Source: Mobula hypostoma (lineage: Eukaryota). Taken from it: a stretch of DNA of 64,000 nt. Both the position numbers and the translations under genes were made by a program. The notes beneath the pieces are model-generated. The model was not told the origin of the DNA and made no database searches. It saw only the letters and a list, made by a program, of their open reading frames with translations. This document shows positions 61,814-64,000 of this stretch, one piece after another (the stretch's first letter is position 1; every line of letters starts with the position of its first letter). The stretch is from positions 5,022,001 to 5,086,000 of the forward strand of contig NC_086101.1 in the NCBI RefSeq assembly GCF_963921235.1, written 5' to 3'.

Positions 61814-63444
61814 CAGTGTCTATAAAAGTATCCACTCCCCTCCTTGGAAGTTTTCATGTTTTATTGCCTTACAACATTGAATCACAGTGGATTTAATTTG
61901 GCTTTTTTGACACTGATCAACAGAAAAGACTCTTTTTGTGTCAAAGTGAAAACAAATCTCTGCATGTTGGTCTAAATTTATTACAGTTATTAAACATAAA
62001 ATTAATTGTATAATTGCTCACCTCCTTCAAGTCAGTATTTAGTAGATGTACCCTTGGCAGCAATTGCAGCCTTGAGTCTGTGTGGACAGGTCTCTATCAG
62101 ATTTGCACACCTGGACACTGCAATCTTTCCCCATTCTACTTTCCAAAACTGCTCAAGCTCTGTCAGATTACATGGGGATTGTGAATGAACAGCCCTTTTC
62201 AAGTCCAGTCACAGATTCTCAGTTGGATTGAGGTCTGGACTCTGAATTGGCCACTCCAGGACATTAACTTTGTTGTTTATAAGCCTTTCCTGTGTAGCTT
62301 TAGCTTTACACTTGGGGTGATTGTCTTGCTAGAAAACAATTCTTCTCTTAAGTGACAGTTCTCTTGCAGACTGCATCAGGTTTTCCTCCAGAACTTCCTT
62401 GTATTTTGCTGCATTCAGTTTACCCTCTACTTTCACAAGCCTTCCAGGGCCTGTTGCAGTGAAGCATCCCCACAGCATGATGCAGTCACCACCATGCTTC
62501 ACGGTAGGGATGGTGTGTTTCCGATGATGTGCGGTGTTTGGCTTACCCCACACATAGTGTTTAGTCTGATGGTCAAAACATTCAGTTTTGGTTTCACCAG
62601 ACCATAGAACCTTCTTCCAGCTGACTTCAGAGTCTCCCCCATTCCTTCTAGCAAACTCTAGCCAAGATATCATGTGAGCTTTTTTCAACAGTGGCTTTCT
62701 CTTTGCTACTCTCCCATAAAGCTGTGACTGGTGAAGTACCCGGGCAACAGTTGTTGTATGTGCAGTTTCTGCCATCTCAGCCACTGAAGCTTGTAACTCC
62801 TCCAGAGCTGTCATAGGTCTCTTGGTGACCTCCCTCAGTAGTCCCCTTCTTGCACGGTCAGTCGGTTTTTGCGGATGCTCTGCTCTAGGCAGATATACAG
62901 CTGTGCATTTTTCCCCCCCATTTTTTGATGATTGATTTAACTGTACTCCAAGGGCTATTTAGTGAATTGGAGATTTCCTTCTATCCATCTCCTGACTTGT
63001 GCTTTTCAATAAACTTTTCACGGAGTTGCTTGAAGTGTTCTTTTGTCTCTGTGGTGTAGTTTTTGCCAGGATACTGACTCACCAGCAGTTGGACCTTCCA
63101 GATACAGGGGTATTTTTACTACAATCAATTGAAACACCTTGATTACACTTGAGATCTCCAGTTAACTAATTATGTGACTTCTAAAACCAATTGGCTGCAC
63201 CAGTGATGATTTGATGTGTCACATTAAAGGGGGTGAATACTTGTGCAATCAATTTTATTTTAGTGTTTTATATTTGTAATGATTTTAGATCACTTTGTAG
63301 AGATCTTTTTCCACTTTGACACGAGTCTTTTTCTGTTGATCAGTATCAAAAACAGCCAAAATAAGTCCACTGTGATTCAATGTTGTAAAACAGGCAAACA
63401 TGAAAACTTCCAAGGGGGGGTGAATATCTTTCTCATAGGCACTG
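61814..63444 (-). mobile_element. Full-length (1,631 bp) decayed Tc1 transposon with ~200-bp terminal inverted repeats
   Basis: TA|CAGTG...CACTG|TT ends. The inverted blocks match, e.g. ttggaagttttcatg/catgaaaacttccaa, acaacattgaatcacagtgga/tccactgtgattcaatgttgt and tgatcaacagaaaagactc/gagtctttttctgttgatca. Confidence 0.95.
62032..63052 (-). pseudogene. Tc1 (DD34E) transposase pseudogene
   Basis: GRVAKRKPLL, KKVLWSGETK (first catalytic D changed to G), TVKHGG.CIMLWGCF, F*QDNHPK-34 aa-NPTENL*, AKGTSTKY*. Internal stops and loss of the start codon. Confidence 0.92.
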
Positions 63445-63554
63445 TTAACTTATACACACAAACCCAGAGGAATCTAGCCTGTATCCATGAACCAGTAGAT
63501 TAGTTCAACATGGATTGGCCTGGCCAATGTAGTGGGATGAGGGTTTGCTGGACA

Positions 63555-64000
63555 GGAGTCATGAAGTCTGTAATACTGAGGCTTTATAGCGCATTGGTCA
63601 GACCACTCTTGGGGTATCGTGAAAATGTGCTGGCATTAGAGAGGGTCCAGATGAGGTTCATGAGAAAGATTCTGGAGATGAAAGGGTTAACATGATGAGC
63701 ATTTGGGGCTCTGGGTCTGTACCCACTGGAGTTTAGAGGAATTAGGGCGAATCTCTTGGGAACCGAGCAGAATATTGAAAGGCCTAGATAGAGTGGATGT
63801 GGAGAGGGTGTTTCCTATAGCGGGGGTAGTGCCCGAGGGCACAGCCTCAAAATAGAGGGGCATCCAATTAGAACGGAGATGAGGAGGAATTTCTTCAGCC
63901 TGAGGGTGTTGAATCTGTGGAATTCATTGCCACAGACGGCTGTGGAGGCCAAGTCTTTGGATATACTTAAAATGGAGGTTGATAGGTTGTTGATTAATCT
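63555..64000 (+). mobile_element. Decayed CR1 ORF2 3' fragment (runs off window)
   Basis: VILRLYSALVRPLLGY..VLALERVQMRF...EMRRNFFSLRVLNLWNSLPQTAVEAKSL. Confidence 0.88.

Overview
Eukaryotic genomic DNA, most likely from a cartilaginous fish (ray or shark). This is inferred from the repeat complement: CR1 LINEs with (CATAGAAA)n-type tails, V-SINE/HE1-like SINEs, Rex1/Babar fragments and Penelope ends. Bases 1-43424 are one huge C-rich/G-rich tandem array (~23-28 bp monomer, CCCCACTAT(T)CCCCCAC(C)CTCTCTCT) with higher-order structure and a 200-N assembly gap. All giant Pro/Ser ORFs there are artefacts. About 270 bp after the array a CpG island starts a + strand butyrophilin-like (B7/BTN family) gene. 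Four exons can be reconstructed: non-coding exon 1 (donor after 44116), signal-peptide exon (51432-51531, ATG 51465), IgV exon (52809-53171) and IgC exon (54327-54599), with all coding junctions in phase 1. No transmembrane exon was found before base 64000. The introns hold a young 5'-truncated CR1 with an open 760-codon ORF2, a ~46-bp G-rich minisatellite, nested CR1 stacks, SINEs, two Penelope ends carrying hammerhead ribozyme motifs and a decayed full-length Tc1 element. I see no clear evidence of a wholly new protein-coding system. The best leads are the giant G4-prone array abutting the promoter, the intronic hammerhead motifs, and the inverted Penelope ends bracketing the two Ig exons. 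All alignments and counts were done by eye.
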